Source: Cetorhinus maximus
Taxonomy: Eukaryota
Length of the DNA: 64,000 nt
Reading direction: 5' to 3'
Assembly: GCF_964194155.1 (NCBI RefSeq)
Contig: NC_135880.1
Location: forward strand, 214,396,001 to 214,460,000
In this document: positions 23,252 to 35,659 of the stretch, piece by piece
How the letters are laid out: every line of letters begins with the position of its first letter
Numbering within the stretch: the first letter of the stretch is position 1
Translations under genes and position numbers: made by a program
Notes under the pieces: generated by a model
What the model saw: only the letters and a program-made list of their open reading frames with translations
What the model was told of the DNA's origin: nothing
Databases searched by the model: none

Positions 23252-23559
23252 TGTTGGGACTTGTGAATCCCAGTTACACGCTTGTTGTGGGATGGTCGAG
23301 TTGGGACTATAGATAGAGTTGGTCAGCAGGCACTTCTTAGGTGAGACACATTCCATTTATTTACAAGGTACTCAGCAGCTACACATATGTGCTTCTACAT
23401 CGGACCCCCTCTCCATACTTCTAACTACTAACTACAGACTACTGACTATAGACATAGCCCATGCTACTCTTCTATTGGTTACGCAAGATCATGTGATCTT
23501 CCTTCATAACATTCTTCTTAAAGGTATACTACACATTACATAAAACCATAATTACCACA
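23252..23559 (-). repeat. 5' LTR of Gypsy element 1
   Basis: Direct repeat of 17616-17902, adjacent to the PBS. Confidence 0.93.
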
Positions 23560-23603
23560 GGCGCCCCTGCACAAAGCTAGAACTCTCCAAGGGAGCGAAA
23601 GTC

Positions 23604-24960
23604 ATGGTTCCCAAAGGGAGGAAACATGCTGCCCCCAAATTTAGCACCGCTTCCCTCAGTCACTACTGGACACAGCGGAGGCCTGCCATGAAGTCCTCTA
23701 CTGCTCTCTGGGTGAAGACGAACAAGCAAGGTCACCAATCCAGCATGGGAGGCGGAGGCAGCGGTGGTCAGTGCCAATGATCTGCAAAAAAAGACAGTCA
23801 CCAAGTGCCAAAAGAGATGAACGACCTCCTCTGTTCCGCTAGGGTAAGTCACTCTTCTCATCACTCCCAACTCACACACTCAAAAAACCATCATACATCC
23901 ACGGGGATCTCACTCACTGCCAGTTCAAGGGATATTGCCTTTCACTCTCTCACATGCACCTTCATCTGCCCTGTGGATCATGTCCTCATGTCCATGGCAC
24001 AATTCATCACCCATACATGCCAGGCATCCTTCCCAAGTCTTCGACTCAAGCCCCAACGACACCTTGGAAGAAGAATTTGATGACACCCTAATTGAAGACC
24101 CGTCACAGCGCAGCCTCCACCAGCGCAGAGTCACACAGCTCAGTGGGACCTGGCTTTAGAATAGCCTTGGGTTCACAATCTGGTGAGCACATCGCTCGGT
24201 CTGATCCATAGCAGGCAGCAGCAGGGACTTCCCAGGTTTTCAGCAACATGAGGACTGCTAGAGGTTAGAAATCTGCTGAGTACGAGTCAGATGAGGGGCT
24301 GTTGCACTCGGTCATACCTCAGTAGCTGAAGCTTCAAAGGTAAGCTCGGGAAGACCAGGAAGGGATGTCGTCTGCAATCAAATTGCAAGACATAATGGTG
24401 GAGTCCGTCCGCTTTCCATCTGATGTGACAGTGCCGGCATGAAAATGCACCCAGATCAACATTGGTAGGATGGTGGCTGCCATGGAGGCCTTGGTCCAGG
24501 ACATTGGTCCTGCACTGTTGCTTGGGCTGAACTCCATCGCTGATGCCATTGGTGGCCCCCAACAGTGTCAACACAAGTGGGGTGCGGGGCAGCTCAATCT
24601 TACTCCAGCTTCCCCTTCTGCTCAAGGAGTCAGCCAAGAGTTCTCAGGCACCCATAAGGAAGAGGACCAGCAGGTGTACACCCTGGGGCCATCCACTCAG
24701 GTGGCTCCAGAAATGTTCAGCCGATCCAAATCCCCTCTTCCTGTGAACCCCGCAGCTCCAGCTCAACAGGCCAAGAAGGGTGCAGCTGGCCCACAGGAGG
24801 GTACCCAAAGCAGGCTGGTGCGCTCCAGGTCTCAGACTTCCAGGGGATGCCCACCAAGGTCATCATAACACCTTCTGTCAGCAGGCCACCTTCTCCTCTG
24901 CTGTGGATGTCTGGGGAGCACCAAGACGTAGCGACCGGGTTAGGAAGGTCAAGAAGTTGT
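23604..24960 (+). pseudogene. Harbinger Myb/SANT-like gene, copy 2 (exon 2 deleted)
   Basis: MVPKGRKHAAPKF...AWEAEAAVVSANDLQKKTVTKCQKEMNDLLCSAR followed by gtaagt. Exon 3 is homologous to copy 3 and ends RRSDRVRKVKK. Confidence 0.85.
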
Positions 24961-25519
24961 TGTTGCTCAGACTGGGCATGGATGTTAATCTCTTGTATAT
25001 AACATTCACAATTGTAAATGAACTCCCAAGAATGTCTCCTTGCCTATGGATCCTTGTTATGATGAGCAATGTTTATGTCACTCAGATGTGAAACCTTAGT
25101 TCCTGCAAAGGCAAGTGCCTCAGTCCAGGGCTTCTTCCCCATGCAATGTGTAACCTTCAGACCAAAGGGATGGTCCGGCTTCACACTCACTGGATGCATT
25201 AGTAATACCTACACCTCAGTGGTGCTTGTCATTGCTGCCAGAATGTTGTGGGCAGGCATCACCGAGTTCTCTCATTCTCTCTGTGTGCTCTCAGCACCTT
25301 TGAGGTAGGGCTGGTCCCCATCTCTTCAGCATCTGTGACCAGTGATGTTGTGCTCCTGAAGGGCTCAGGTGCTGAAGGCTGAACAAGGATCAGATGCATT
25401 TAAAGTTTCGCAGCTGCGACTCCATGATATGATCCTGATCACTGAGCACAAGTGAGCTGCCCTCAGCCAGACAGGAGTCAGACATTCACAGAGGTAATGT
25501 GAAGATCTGTGGTGTGTCC

Positions 25520-26649
25520 ACACTACATCGACATCATCATCCTCTATAAATATTACGGATATGCCGCCTGTGCACGCCTGTCCCGTCTGGCCGGTGCAAT
25601 GGTCTCATCACCAGCATCCTTGAGTTCGAGGACCTCATCACCGTCATCCTCTTCAATGTCCTCCTCATCGGAGGAGACGTGCATCTCTTCCATCTGCTCT
25701 TCAGCCAGGTCCTCCCCCTGTTGCCAGGTTGCGGAGTGTGCAACAAGCAACTATGATGCGCGACACCTTCTGGGGACTGTATTGCTGTGCTCCACCAAAC
25801 CTGTTGAGGCACCGGGCCCTCATTTTCAAAATGCCTATAATTTGCTCCACCAAAGTCCAGGTTGTGGCATGAGCCTCGTCTCTCTGCTGCAGTCTGAGGC
25901 CGCCACACAGGTGCCATTAGCCGCGTCCTCTGTGGGTAGCCCTTGTCCATGAGGAGCCAACTCTACACCCTCTCTGGACCGTGGAAGATGTCAGGGATCT
26001 GAGACTTGCTATGAATGTTGGAGTCGTGGATGCTCCGTGGGAATTGTGTGCAGATCTGTAGGATGCGTTTGTGGTGGTCACAGACCAGCTAAACATTGAG
26101 CGGGTGGAAGCCCTTGAGGTTGATGTAGTTGACTATTTGTTGCTACAGAGATCTAAGTGCCATGTGAACGCAGCCAAAGGCACCCTACACCTGTGGAAAA
26201 CCAGAGATCTGCGCAAATCCCAGCGCACTTGCTTACCGGCTTTTCTGATCCCGGGCAAAATGCCGTGGAAGGAGCCATTGGCCTAAACATTGAGTGCCAT
26301 GGTCACTTTCATGGTCACTGGCAGTGGATGTCCTCCATATCCCCATATCCCGCAGCAGCTGGCATATGTGACCGACCAGTTCTCTAGACATGCACAGTCT
26401 TCAGCGACACTGGTTCTCAGTCATCTGCAGGAATGACAGGCGCCATCTATAGACCTTGGGTCTAGCAAAGTGTCTACGAGCAATGGCTTTCTGTAGATCA
26501 GCAGCTGAGTGCACAGCAGGCCCTGCCACCCCTTCATGGTGTGGGAGGTGATCTTCCTTTTGACCAGCCAGGCACGTCCGCCACACTTTTCTTCTTCTTC
26601 TCTGCTCTCTGTAAGCCATGAGGCATATCGCTAAATCACCAGACTCCAT
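25520..26649 (-). pseudogene. Harbinger DDE transposase, copy 2
   Basis: MESGDLAICLMAYREQ start shared with copies 1 and 3; FPRSIHDS, MDKGYP and acidic tail. Frameshifts present. Confidence 0.9.
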
Positions 26650-27062
26650 GATCCTGATGTTCTCCTGCTGCAGGATCAAAGAGACAGATGCGTTATTAGC
26701 ATGTGTATCCTAAGAACCATTCTTGAATAAGTCTGAAGGCCCCTTCACTCATGCAGGAGATTGCCGGCTACCTCTTGGATGGCCAGTATGTAGTGCGCTC
26801 ATTGGCTGTCGGAAACCCCACCCACCTCCGCCCCACTCCACTTGACCGATTGGCGGTAGCTTCGCCTACTGGACTGCGTGCTGCGCTCTCAGCTCAGGTG
26901 CAGGCATTCTCCTAGCCCGCACTGCAAGGCTGTGCTGTTAACTTGAACTATCATGGATACTGGTTGAAGCCTGAATAAAGATGTTGCAAGGGTTTGTGTG
27001 TATCTCCACCAGTGACTGCACCATGGCCACCTTTTGCAAGGGGATTCTACAACTTGCCCAGC

Positions 27063-28295
27063 ATGTAACAAGCAGGATAGATAAAGGGAAACCTGTAGAC
27101 GTAATATATTTAGATTTCCAAAAGGCATGCAATAAAGCACCGCACGTAAGGCTACTTAATAAGAGCCCATGACGTTGGGTGCAGTATATTAGAATGGATA
27201 GAGGATTGACTAACTAATAGAAGACAGAGAGTTGTGATAAGGGGCGCACTTTCGGGATGGCAACCTGTAACTAGTTGAGTGCCACAAGGATCAGTGTTGG
27301 GGCCTCAATTATTTACAATATATTAATGACTTCAATGAGGGAAGGGAATGGACCATCGCCAAGTTTGCGGATGACACAAAAATAGGTGGGAAGGCAAGTG
27401 ATGAGGATGACACAAGGAGTCTACAAAGGGATGTAGACAGGTTAAGTGAGTGAGCAAAAGCTTGGGTAAACTTAATGTGGGAAAATGCACTTTGGCAGGA
27501 AGAATAAAGGAGCTGAATATTATTTAAATGGAGAAAGACTGCAGAAAGCTGCAGCACAGAGGGATTTGGGAGTCTCTATGCATGAATCCCAAAAAGCTAA
27601 CATACAAGTTCAACAGGTAATAGGGAAGGCAAGTGGAATGTTGGCCTTTATTTCAAAGGGAATGGAGTATAAAAATAGGGAAGTCTTGCTAAAACTATAC
27701 AAGGCACTAGTTAGACCACACCTAGAATACTATGAACAATTTTGGTCCCCTTATTTAAGAAAAGATGTACTGGCATTGGAGGCAGTCCAGAGAAGTTTCA
27801 CTAGGTTGATTCCAGGTATGCAGGGATTTTCTTATGAGGAGAGGTTGAGTAGGTTGGGCCTGTACTCATTGGAATTTAGAAGAATGAGAGGCAACCTTAT
27901 TGAAATATATAAGATTCTTGGGGGGCTTGACAGGGTAGATGCTGAGAGGTTGTTTCTCCTTGTGGGAGAGCCTAGGACCAGAGGGCGTAACCTCAGAGTA
28001 AGGGATCACCCATTTAAAACAGAGATGAGGAGGAATTTCTTCTCTTAGAGGGTAGTCAACCTGTGGAATTCTTTACCACACAGGGCTGTAGAGGCTGGGT
28101 TGTTAAGTATATTCAAGCCTGAGATAGACAAATTTTTAATCAGTAAGGGAATCAAGGATTATGGAGAAAAGGCAGGAAACTGGAGTTGAGGATTATCAGA
28201 TCAGCCATGATCTCATTGAATGGCGAAGCAGACTTGATGGGCTGAATGGCCTACTTCTGCCTACTTCTGCTCCTACGTCTTATGGTCTCATGGTC
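27063..28295 (+). mobile_element. CR1 LINE, 5'-truncated, inserted in Harbinger copy 2
   Basis: VDVIYLDFQKA, PQGSVLGP, KFADDTK, ORF 27485-28048; tail tcttatggtctcatggtc. Confidence 0.95.
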
Positions 28296-29534
28296 CAATT
28301 GTTCTGCTGCCCCCTCAAACACACATTACTTTGCAGTCTGCGCCCGAGGGTTGAAAAGTTCTGGGGCATTTGGTGGCACTTTCAGGCTTTTGCGTTGCTT
28401 GAGTGGGCAGAAAATCTTCAGAGGCCCGACTCCAAGCCTGTCAATGGAGCTGCAGCTGAACGCCCTCCACTATGGAAGATTGCTCACTTTGGGCCAGTTT
28501 TAACAAGTGTGTGGCTGCTTCCCTCACCCACCTTCGCCCCTCCAGCCCCCTGCCCCCACCCCACACCATCCCTCTCCCCGGCATGTGCTTGTGTACTCCC
28601 TTCAGTCTGTGCTGCCTTGCAACACCAACTCCCCCCCCGCATGCCCCACCCGCACTGGAGCCCTTGCCTTGGCACCTCACTGACAGCCAGCCAAAAAAAA
28701 AGGGACAGGCTTGTGCCCACCACCCCCCCACCCCGAACGCACAGAGCCACTTCCTTGACATCCTACGGGCGATGCTCACGAGCACTGCGCAAGGATGTGT
28801 GCACTCACCTTCGCGTTCCCTTCGAAGCACAGCTCGCCAGGCGCAGGCCTTTCAAAGGCAGTTGTGCAGCACGCCATTCTGAAGTCACGTGGTAAATTTC
28901 ATGTCTGGGAGCGATTACCGCCAACTGGGAACTGGGCTTATAATGAGGTAACTAAAATATAGAAATTATCTTCCTGATTTGCAGTGGCAGAATCGCGGGC
29001 CGCCATTGCCAGATGGAGCGGGACCATTGCAACCTGGTTTCGCGATGGCGTGAAACCAATTTTTGGCCTTCTCACCATATCGTCCACCCCCGGCCGCTAT
29101 GACACCCGAAGTCAACGGGACCAGACGATTCCACCCTAAATACGAAAGACCAGCTGCTGCTGTGACCGGGTAGTTTTGAGTTGACCGGTGGGTTATACCT
29201 CTGTGTTTCTCACGTCTTTATTTCCTGATCTTCCTTTCTGTGTTTTCTTTCCTTTTAGGTTTGCTTTTTCTCTCATTTTGATTTTATTTCCAAAATCTTT
29301 CATAACGCCCTTGATTGGGTCCTAATTTCTCCTCTTTTTAATGTGTGTAGTTCACAGTCTGACTGTGCATCTAACAGAATAATTCTGCCAGCAAACATGT
29401 CTGCTTCCATTGAGAAATAAGCCAGCATTTTGGTAAAAAATATTGGTTTCCAACAGGAAAGGACTCAAGCGCCATTAAACCCATGGGACCTTTTTGACTC
29501 CTGCTCATTCAGTTAAAAACTCTTCCGTGACATC

Positions 29535-29684
29535 GGGTGGGATTTTTTCTGTCTCATCACCGGCAACCGCTGTCGCGAGCTGATCGGGAAAATTTGGAGA
29601 GCCGTCAAAGTCCAACAGCTCTCCAAATTTTCCCACCCCGCCTGCAACGATACCCGTCAGTGCCGGGGCAGAAAGATCCCGGCT
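29535..29684. mobile_element. Palindromic Harbinger-type MITE
   Basis: Internal hairpin gggaaaatttggagagc...gctctccaaattttccc. Termini GGGTGGGATTTT / AAAGATCCCGGCT. Confidence 0.65.
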
Positions 29685-30141
29685 GTTATCTTTGAGGGGG
29701 GAAAAAAAGCATCGACCGGAAAGGGTGTGCTAAAAATATGTACAAATTCAGGAGAATAATGTCCTTCAGAGCTATCAAAATGGTGAGAACTGGTCGCTGT
29801 GCAGTACTATTTCTGGGTTAAGGCCCACATGCCCAAGGTTCCTTACTCTAAAGGTTATTTTGTCAAGCGCATGGAGACCAGCAGCAAAACATTCCATATA
29901 TACCTAAGAAACTCAAAGACCTCTGTTTAATGTCATTAACGGGTATTCTCTCTCATGCTGTGTGCAAGACCCCATAAAGAGTAGCGTAAAAGGGGTAGTG
30001 ACAACCCAGAAGCTTGGCTCTCGTATTTCAGCATTTCGACCGAAGGTTAATATTTGGTATGGCTCACATGCTGAACCCACAGTCCCTGTACTTTACGGAT
30101 GCTGAGTGTGTGAACTGCAGTCACTGAGGTTGTGAAATCAC

Positions 30142-30941
30142 AGGCTGGCATTTACCTGCCTCTGACAGACGTGTCCTCAGCAGGGGAGGGGTGGGCATAT
30201 AAAATAGGGCACTCACCCCACCACCTTCCCACCCACCTCCCCCCCTGTATTACATGCCCCCCCGCCGCCCCCCCCCCCCCCCCCCCCCCCCCTCGCTGAG
30301 GGTGGGGTGATGGTCGGGCACCGAAATCGGCAGCCCGCCTGCCATATTTAAATAGATCATCAGGGGTTGATTAGGCTTGTTACCAAGCCAACAGACCCCG
30401 ATAATACACTGCCCGCACCACAAAATGGGTGGCGTGGGCAGCCGATTTTTAAAAATAATCTCTTCAGAGGGTGGGATGGAAGGGAGTGTTTTACCTTTGG
30501 GGGATGCCCTTTGCCGATTGGACGGTGGCCACACCTAAGATAGAACCCCACCCCTTTCTTCCTACCCACCTGCAGCCTTAAACCTGCCCCACTGCCCCCC
30601 TCCCTGACCTGCCCAAATCCTCCCTGCCCAAGACTTACCCAACTTCGGGGATCCATGGGCCTTCTTCCTCCTCCTCTCTTGCAGTCCTGCACTAGCGTGC
30701 TCTTGGGACGGCTGGGACTGATGGAGCTGCCAGCCAATTGGATTGGCCTTACAGCTCCCGAGGGCGGGACTTCCTCCCCAGTGAAGGAGGGAGACGTCCC
30801 ACTGAGGCCTTGTTTAGCCCACCCGCAGCATGTTCTGGCCACGGGGCAGGCCGACATGGAGCAGGGAGGCTCGGCACTGTCTTTGCTTCGGGCAGGGGGG
30901 GAGCCATCCACCCCCAACCCCACCCCAGTAATACTCAGCCC
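30142..30941 (-). mobile_element. Harbinger-type MITE, family B, copy 2
   Basis: Reverse-complement homolog of 1214-2116. Terminus TAATACTCAGCCC. Contains a poly-C tract at ~30257-30292. Confidence 0.7.
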
Positions 30942-30998
30942 AATATTCATGATGGATAAAAAAGGTCAACAGGAATCTGTGCAAAATGTAAACATGTA

Positions 30999-31549
30999 GG
31001 GCAAAATCTTTAGCTCGGTGGGCAAGTGCTGGCATTGCCAGCGCGCCCGCCAATAATGAAAAGGTCCGTTAAGGCCATTAAATGATCAATTAAGTTGAAT
31101 TTTCCACTGCCCGTCCAACCTTATGGCTGGCAAGATTGCACATTTTTGGAAACCACATCCACGGGTGGGTGGGGGGGATGTGGTTTCCTGAAGCAAATGA
31201 AAATAAAGTAAAAATTTAAAATCTTAATTAATAACAGAGTCACATGAGCAGGGACATGTTTCATTACGTTTTTATTTTCTTCGTTAGTTTTTTTTTTAAT
31301 AACTCCTCACCTCCCTGAGGGAGCTCTCTGGGCCTCAGGGAGATTATGAAGCGGGCACTCGTGCAAATGTGTGAAGGTCACAGTCGCCCCCTGCTCGCCC
31401 TTCTCCCACTCCACCCCCACCCCCACCACACAATGGGGCCAGAATGCGATTTCACGCCTTACTTGGCCCGCCCAGCGTGAAATCGCATTCGGGCCCCAAT
31501 CGCCGGCAGCGGGTGGCTTTCTCGCCCGACATGGGTGAAATTCATGCCC
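30999..31549 (+). mobile_element. Harbinger-type MITE, family A, copy 2
   Basis: GGGCAAAATC...GAAATTCATGCCC with TSD GTA (30996-30998 / 31550-31552). Confidence 0.8.
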
Positions 31550-31921
31550 GTAATTTACATTCCCGCACAGCTGAAGAAGAAATGACACCTTTTCACGTCC
31601 CGCCTCCATCTCCCAGTTATTTTGTCACACCTTTTCGAACAGAGTGCCAAACACCTGACAGATTAAATGAGCTGTTACCATTTCAGATGGTGAACTCTGA
31701 GACTGTTTACATGGGGACGCTATTCAAAGTTGAGCTGGGCTCTGTGTGTGTTCCTAAAATAACATTGTTATGCTTTGTGAAAAAAATTGAAGCCGTGATC
31801 CAGATGACATCTTAAAGGCAGTTCAGAAATGCAACTGTAAAATGTTTAGTTGACTTTATGAATGTCACTTCATTGACTCTGGCTTGATTTGGTTTCGTGG
31901 ATTTTTCAGCATATCAGGTTC

Positions 31922-32030
31922 TTTTCATTCTTGGGATGTGGGTGTCAGTGACTAGGCCGGCATTTATTGCCCATCCCTAATTGTCCCTGAGAAGGTGGTG
32001 GCGAACTGCCTTCTTGAACCGCTGCAGTCA
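31922..32030 (-). mobile_element. LINE/SINE 3' tail fragment (family of the 62-63.6 kb LINE)
   Basis: gggatgtgggtgtc...gcatttattgcccatccctaattg...gccttcttgaaccgctgcag. Confidence 0.75.
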
Positions 32031-33231
32031 GAATATGGCAGCCCAATGCCGTTAAAAAGAGGGTGCGTGGATTGCCTTTGCCGATGTTCTCCAGGTTTCC
32101 CATGCTGACTGACTTCTGCAGGATCCTCATCGTATCCATGGCCATAAAAATCGGAGGAAGATAAATCGGTAGCTTTTTGTCTGGTTAGGGTCGGCAATAT
32201 GGATTCCGATCCTGAGTGGAAGATTTGAGCCATTGTTCCTCTCCCTTTGTCACATCGTCAGTGTTAGAGCACTTTAGCCATCTCACCCCCAAACTTTGGA
32301 CCCTTCCCTGTAAACCACGTCACTGTGTAACATTTCTCCCTACATTGAAAAGTCTCCTTAGGAACTGCATGTTCAACAGTGCCTTTGACCACCTTGCCTA
32401 AGTTCATACAGCTCCTCCTCTGATTTCACCCACAACTGTGACCCTGTGCTATATTAAATGAGGTTTATAAACGTGAGTCGTTTATACTTTTGTAATGCTT
32501 CATAAAGGAAGAGAAACCTTCCTCATCGCTCTACAAAGAGTTGCTTCCATTTTATCTCTGGTTAACACAGATTTGACGCTCACTGTCCAGCACCTGCTTG
32601 ACAGTATCTGGACGAATTAACCTCTTGGTGGATACAGAATGAGTGCAACATGCTAACAAGTTTTCATTCCAGTATATTCAAATAAAATACATTTTTCACA
32701 CAATATGACACAATATTTGCCAAGAGTTAAAAGGGCAAGGTACCTTTGCCTGACTTGAGTAGAAACATCATGAAAAAGTAGATTAATAATAACAATAAAA
32801 TGCTCCAGATGTTTGGTAAATGTTTTTCATTATTTGTTCAAAGTAAACATTAAAAAATATAACTTTCTGGTCATAGCTTCTGGGTTGAGCCATGTGGAGT
32901 TACCAGTTGGCAATTTAGTTAGTGTCCTGTGGTAATGGCTTGATAAAGCATGAAACCAGCTCCAGGTAGCTGCCTTCAGAGAAATTCAGTGCACAATGAT
33001 CTGAGAAATACCTGTTGCCTGAGTGAAAGCTCTAACTTTCTCTGGCTCCAACCTTGGCAGGGAATAGCGCAGGCCAGTTTCCTCATTCTGTTCAGTTTTG
33101 GATTTCCTAGCGCATCTCAACAGAACAAGCTGCTGCCTAGATTGCTGACTATCCCATCAATGCCTCCACTTCCCATACACCTCATACACCTTCCCATACA
33201 TCTTACATGGTACTTCCTTAAGCAGCAATGT

Positions 33232-33470
33232 GAAACATAGGAATAGGAGTAGGCCATTCAGTCCCTCAAGCCTGTTCCGAAATTCAATGAGATGACGGCT
33301 ATATCTGTATCTTAAATTCATCCACATGCCTTAGTTTCCATAACTCTTAATATACTTATCTAAAAAAAAATCTATCAATCCCAGTTTTGAAATTTTAAAT
33401 GAACTTAGCCTCAAGAGTTTGTCGGAGAAGAGGGTTCCAGATTTCCGCTACCCTTTCTGTGAAGAAGTGG
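33232..33470 (-). mobile_element. CR1 3' fragment
   Basis: acataggaataggagtaggccattcag...aatctatcaatc, homologous to 3852-4090. Confidence 0.8.
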
Positions 33471-34887
33471 AAACTGCAATGTGTGTTCTGAGAGAAATTA
33501 AACTCAAAAAACGACCCTGGGTAAAAGAGCATTTAAACACTGCCCCAACCGCATGCCAAGCAATTTACTGGAACTGCTACTCATGCAAGAGGCTCATTGT
33601 TAGGCCAGAGCAGGTAATAAAATAACCAATTTTAAACAAAAGAAACTCAAGGATCCACAGGCTCAACAAATCCGATAGCTGCACTGAACCCGGTTCAGTT
33701 TTCACATCAGAATACCCAAAGATGAAAGCCAAGCCAAAAGCAGGACACGATGGTGCTTCCCCATTCACCCAACCAGCAGAGGAAGGTTGAATTCAGAAAC
33801 AGAAGCAGTGAAGTAGCTAAGGACAATAAAACCCTCGTCAATAAGCTGATGAAGCTACAAGAACATTTGTAAAACATAACGTCTAATGTTTTGGAGAGGC
33901 ATTGGGGCTGATGGAGTCAATGCAAATAATTAGGGCAATTTAACACAATATCAGGAACATTATTGAAGAAAGTATGAGGTAGGAAGATTCGAGAAAAGAT
34001 GCATTTTAAATTCAGTAGAAATGACAGGAAAATATTCCTACGATTTCTTAGCAGACATGAAAACATGCAAGTACCACCCACCGCTAGCAACAGCTGCACA
34101 CACTGTCTGTCACCACCAAACCTCCATCCTTAGTAACATAACCTGAACTTTCTGACATATCATTTTGCTCGAAAGATACCGCTTTTGATTTCCATCCTCT
34201 GTATGTTTGGAAGACGGTATCTTATTGAATATTTTGAAGGATAATAAGGAGATAACACATTATAGTAGCATAGGCTGAGATGATAATCTTGGGAATAGCT
34301 CCGCCACCCAACTGAACTTTGAATGAAGCAGCTTTTTGATGAATGGATGTATTTTGAAATTTGCATTCTGTGGTAATAATAACTAGATGGTAAACTGAAA
34401 ACTCTCTCATGAATATTAATCTCCCAACTAATATCCAATAATTTAGTTTCTTGAAAGAAAGTTCTCAGCGAACATTTGTAATACAGGTCGGGATTTTAAG
34501 ATTGCGAGACACTGGAAGCGGGGCTGAGGGACTGAGAATGCAGAAATCGCTGCAGCCTATCTGTTGGTGACTTTTTCAATCAGCCACTGCATTATTATTT
34601 CCAGGTCTCCTGTGAAGTGCACCTGTCTGCTGACCTCCTCTCTCCTGTGGAAGCACAGGCGGTTGTTGATGCTGCTCCTGCTATGAGTGCTGCTGTTACC
34701 AGTGCTGTTGTTGGCCATCTTGGTCTACGCCTGAGCTCCAAAGTGACATACTGGACGTGGCGTGCATGCTGATCTGATCAATCAGTGCTCCAAAGGGCAT
34801 ATCAGAGCACCAAATCTCCAAAGTGTGTATAGTAACCACTCAGAAGAAGCACTGAGGACAAACTCTCTCACGCAAGCAGGTGAGGAA

Positions 34888-35370
34888 GAACATAAAAACA
34901 TGGAAAATAGGTGCAGGGTAGGTCATTCGACCCATTGAGCTTAGTTTGCCACTCAGTAAGAACTTGGCTGATCTGCTTATGGCCTTAACTCCACTTTCCT
35001 CTCCTATAACTCTTAACTCCCTCGTCAATCAAAAACCTATCTAACTCAGCCTTGAATATATTCAATGACCCAGCCTCCACTGTTTGCTGCGCAAGAGAAT
35101 TCCAAAGACTAAACGACCCTTTGTGAGAAGAAATTCCTCCTCATCTCCATTTTAAATCTTTAAACTTTGCGTCCTAGTTCTAGATTTCACTGCACACCCC
35201 CCACCCCTCCCCATCCACGACAGGAAACATCCTCCACCCTGTCAAGCCCCCTCAGGATCTTATATGTTTTAATAAGATCACCTCTCATTATGTTAAACTC
35301 CAGTTAATGTAGGCCCAACCTGCTCAACCTTGACTGATAAGACAACCCCTTCATACCAGGAATCAACCTC
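34888..35370 (-). mobile_element. CR1 3' fragment
   Basis: gaacataaaaacatggaaaatagg...aataagatcacctctcatt...gacaaccccttcataccaggaatc, homologous to 3852-4320. Confidence 0.85.
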
Positions 35371-35514
35371 AAAGAAAAGAGCAGTCCGATTAGAGTGTCT
35401 TTCACTTATAGGAAAAACCAAATTCGTATAAATATTTTTTGACAAACATGACTTTTGGTGGCAGCTCCCAGCAGCCCCTTTAATGACCACGTGTAGATCA
35501 TGTTTTCCCGAATG

Positions 35515-35659
35515 TGTCAGGCCCAGCAGAGTGTCACAGCAGCAACCGGAGCAACTAATCAAACCTGGAGTCCCACGACTGCTGACTAGAAGTCCACAGA
35601 CCTATGAGAAAAGCCTTACCTCTGCCTGAGCCCCTGAATTACATGGAGATCCTCAACCA
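35515..35659 (+). repeat. 145-bp near-identical direct duplicate of 36375-36519
   Basis: Offset of 860 bp, with only about 3-4 mismatches by eye. Confidence 0.92.

Larger units (their letters stand above)
17616..23559 (-). mobile_element. Gypsy LTR retrotransposon with two LTRs, RT-less, carrying a captured coiled-coil sequence
   Basis: LTRs TG...CA at 17616-17902 and 23252-23559. TSD GGCAC/GGCGC. PPT (reverse complement tccctcccctttta, from 17903). PBS TTGCGACGAGG next to the 5' LTR. Domain order gag-PR-(RH)-IN. Confidence 0.95.
17408..29136 (-). mobile_element. PIF/Harbinger DNA transposon, copy 2 (hosts Gypsy, Penelope, MITE and CR1 insertions)
   Basis: Subterminal sequence 17408-17615 is homologous to the Myb-side ends of copies 1 and 3. 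Myb gene (+), transposase (-). Terminus GACGATTCCACCC at 29136 followed by TAA. Confidence 0.88.

Noticed and set aside
28161-28895. 244-aa plus-strand ORF
   Set aside because: It spans the junction of a CR1 3' UTR and GC-rich Harbinger subterminal DNA, so it is a chance chimera.
30360-30950. 196-aa Gly-rich ORF
   Set aside because: It lies wholly in a GC-rich MITE and is not open in the homologous copy at 1214-2116.
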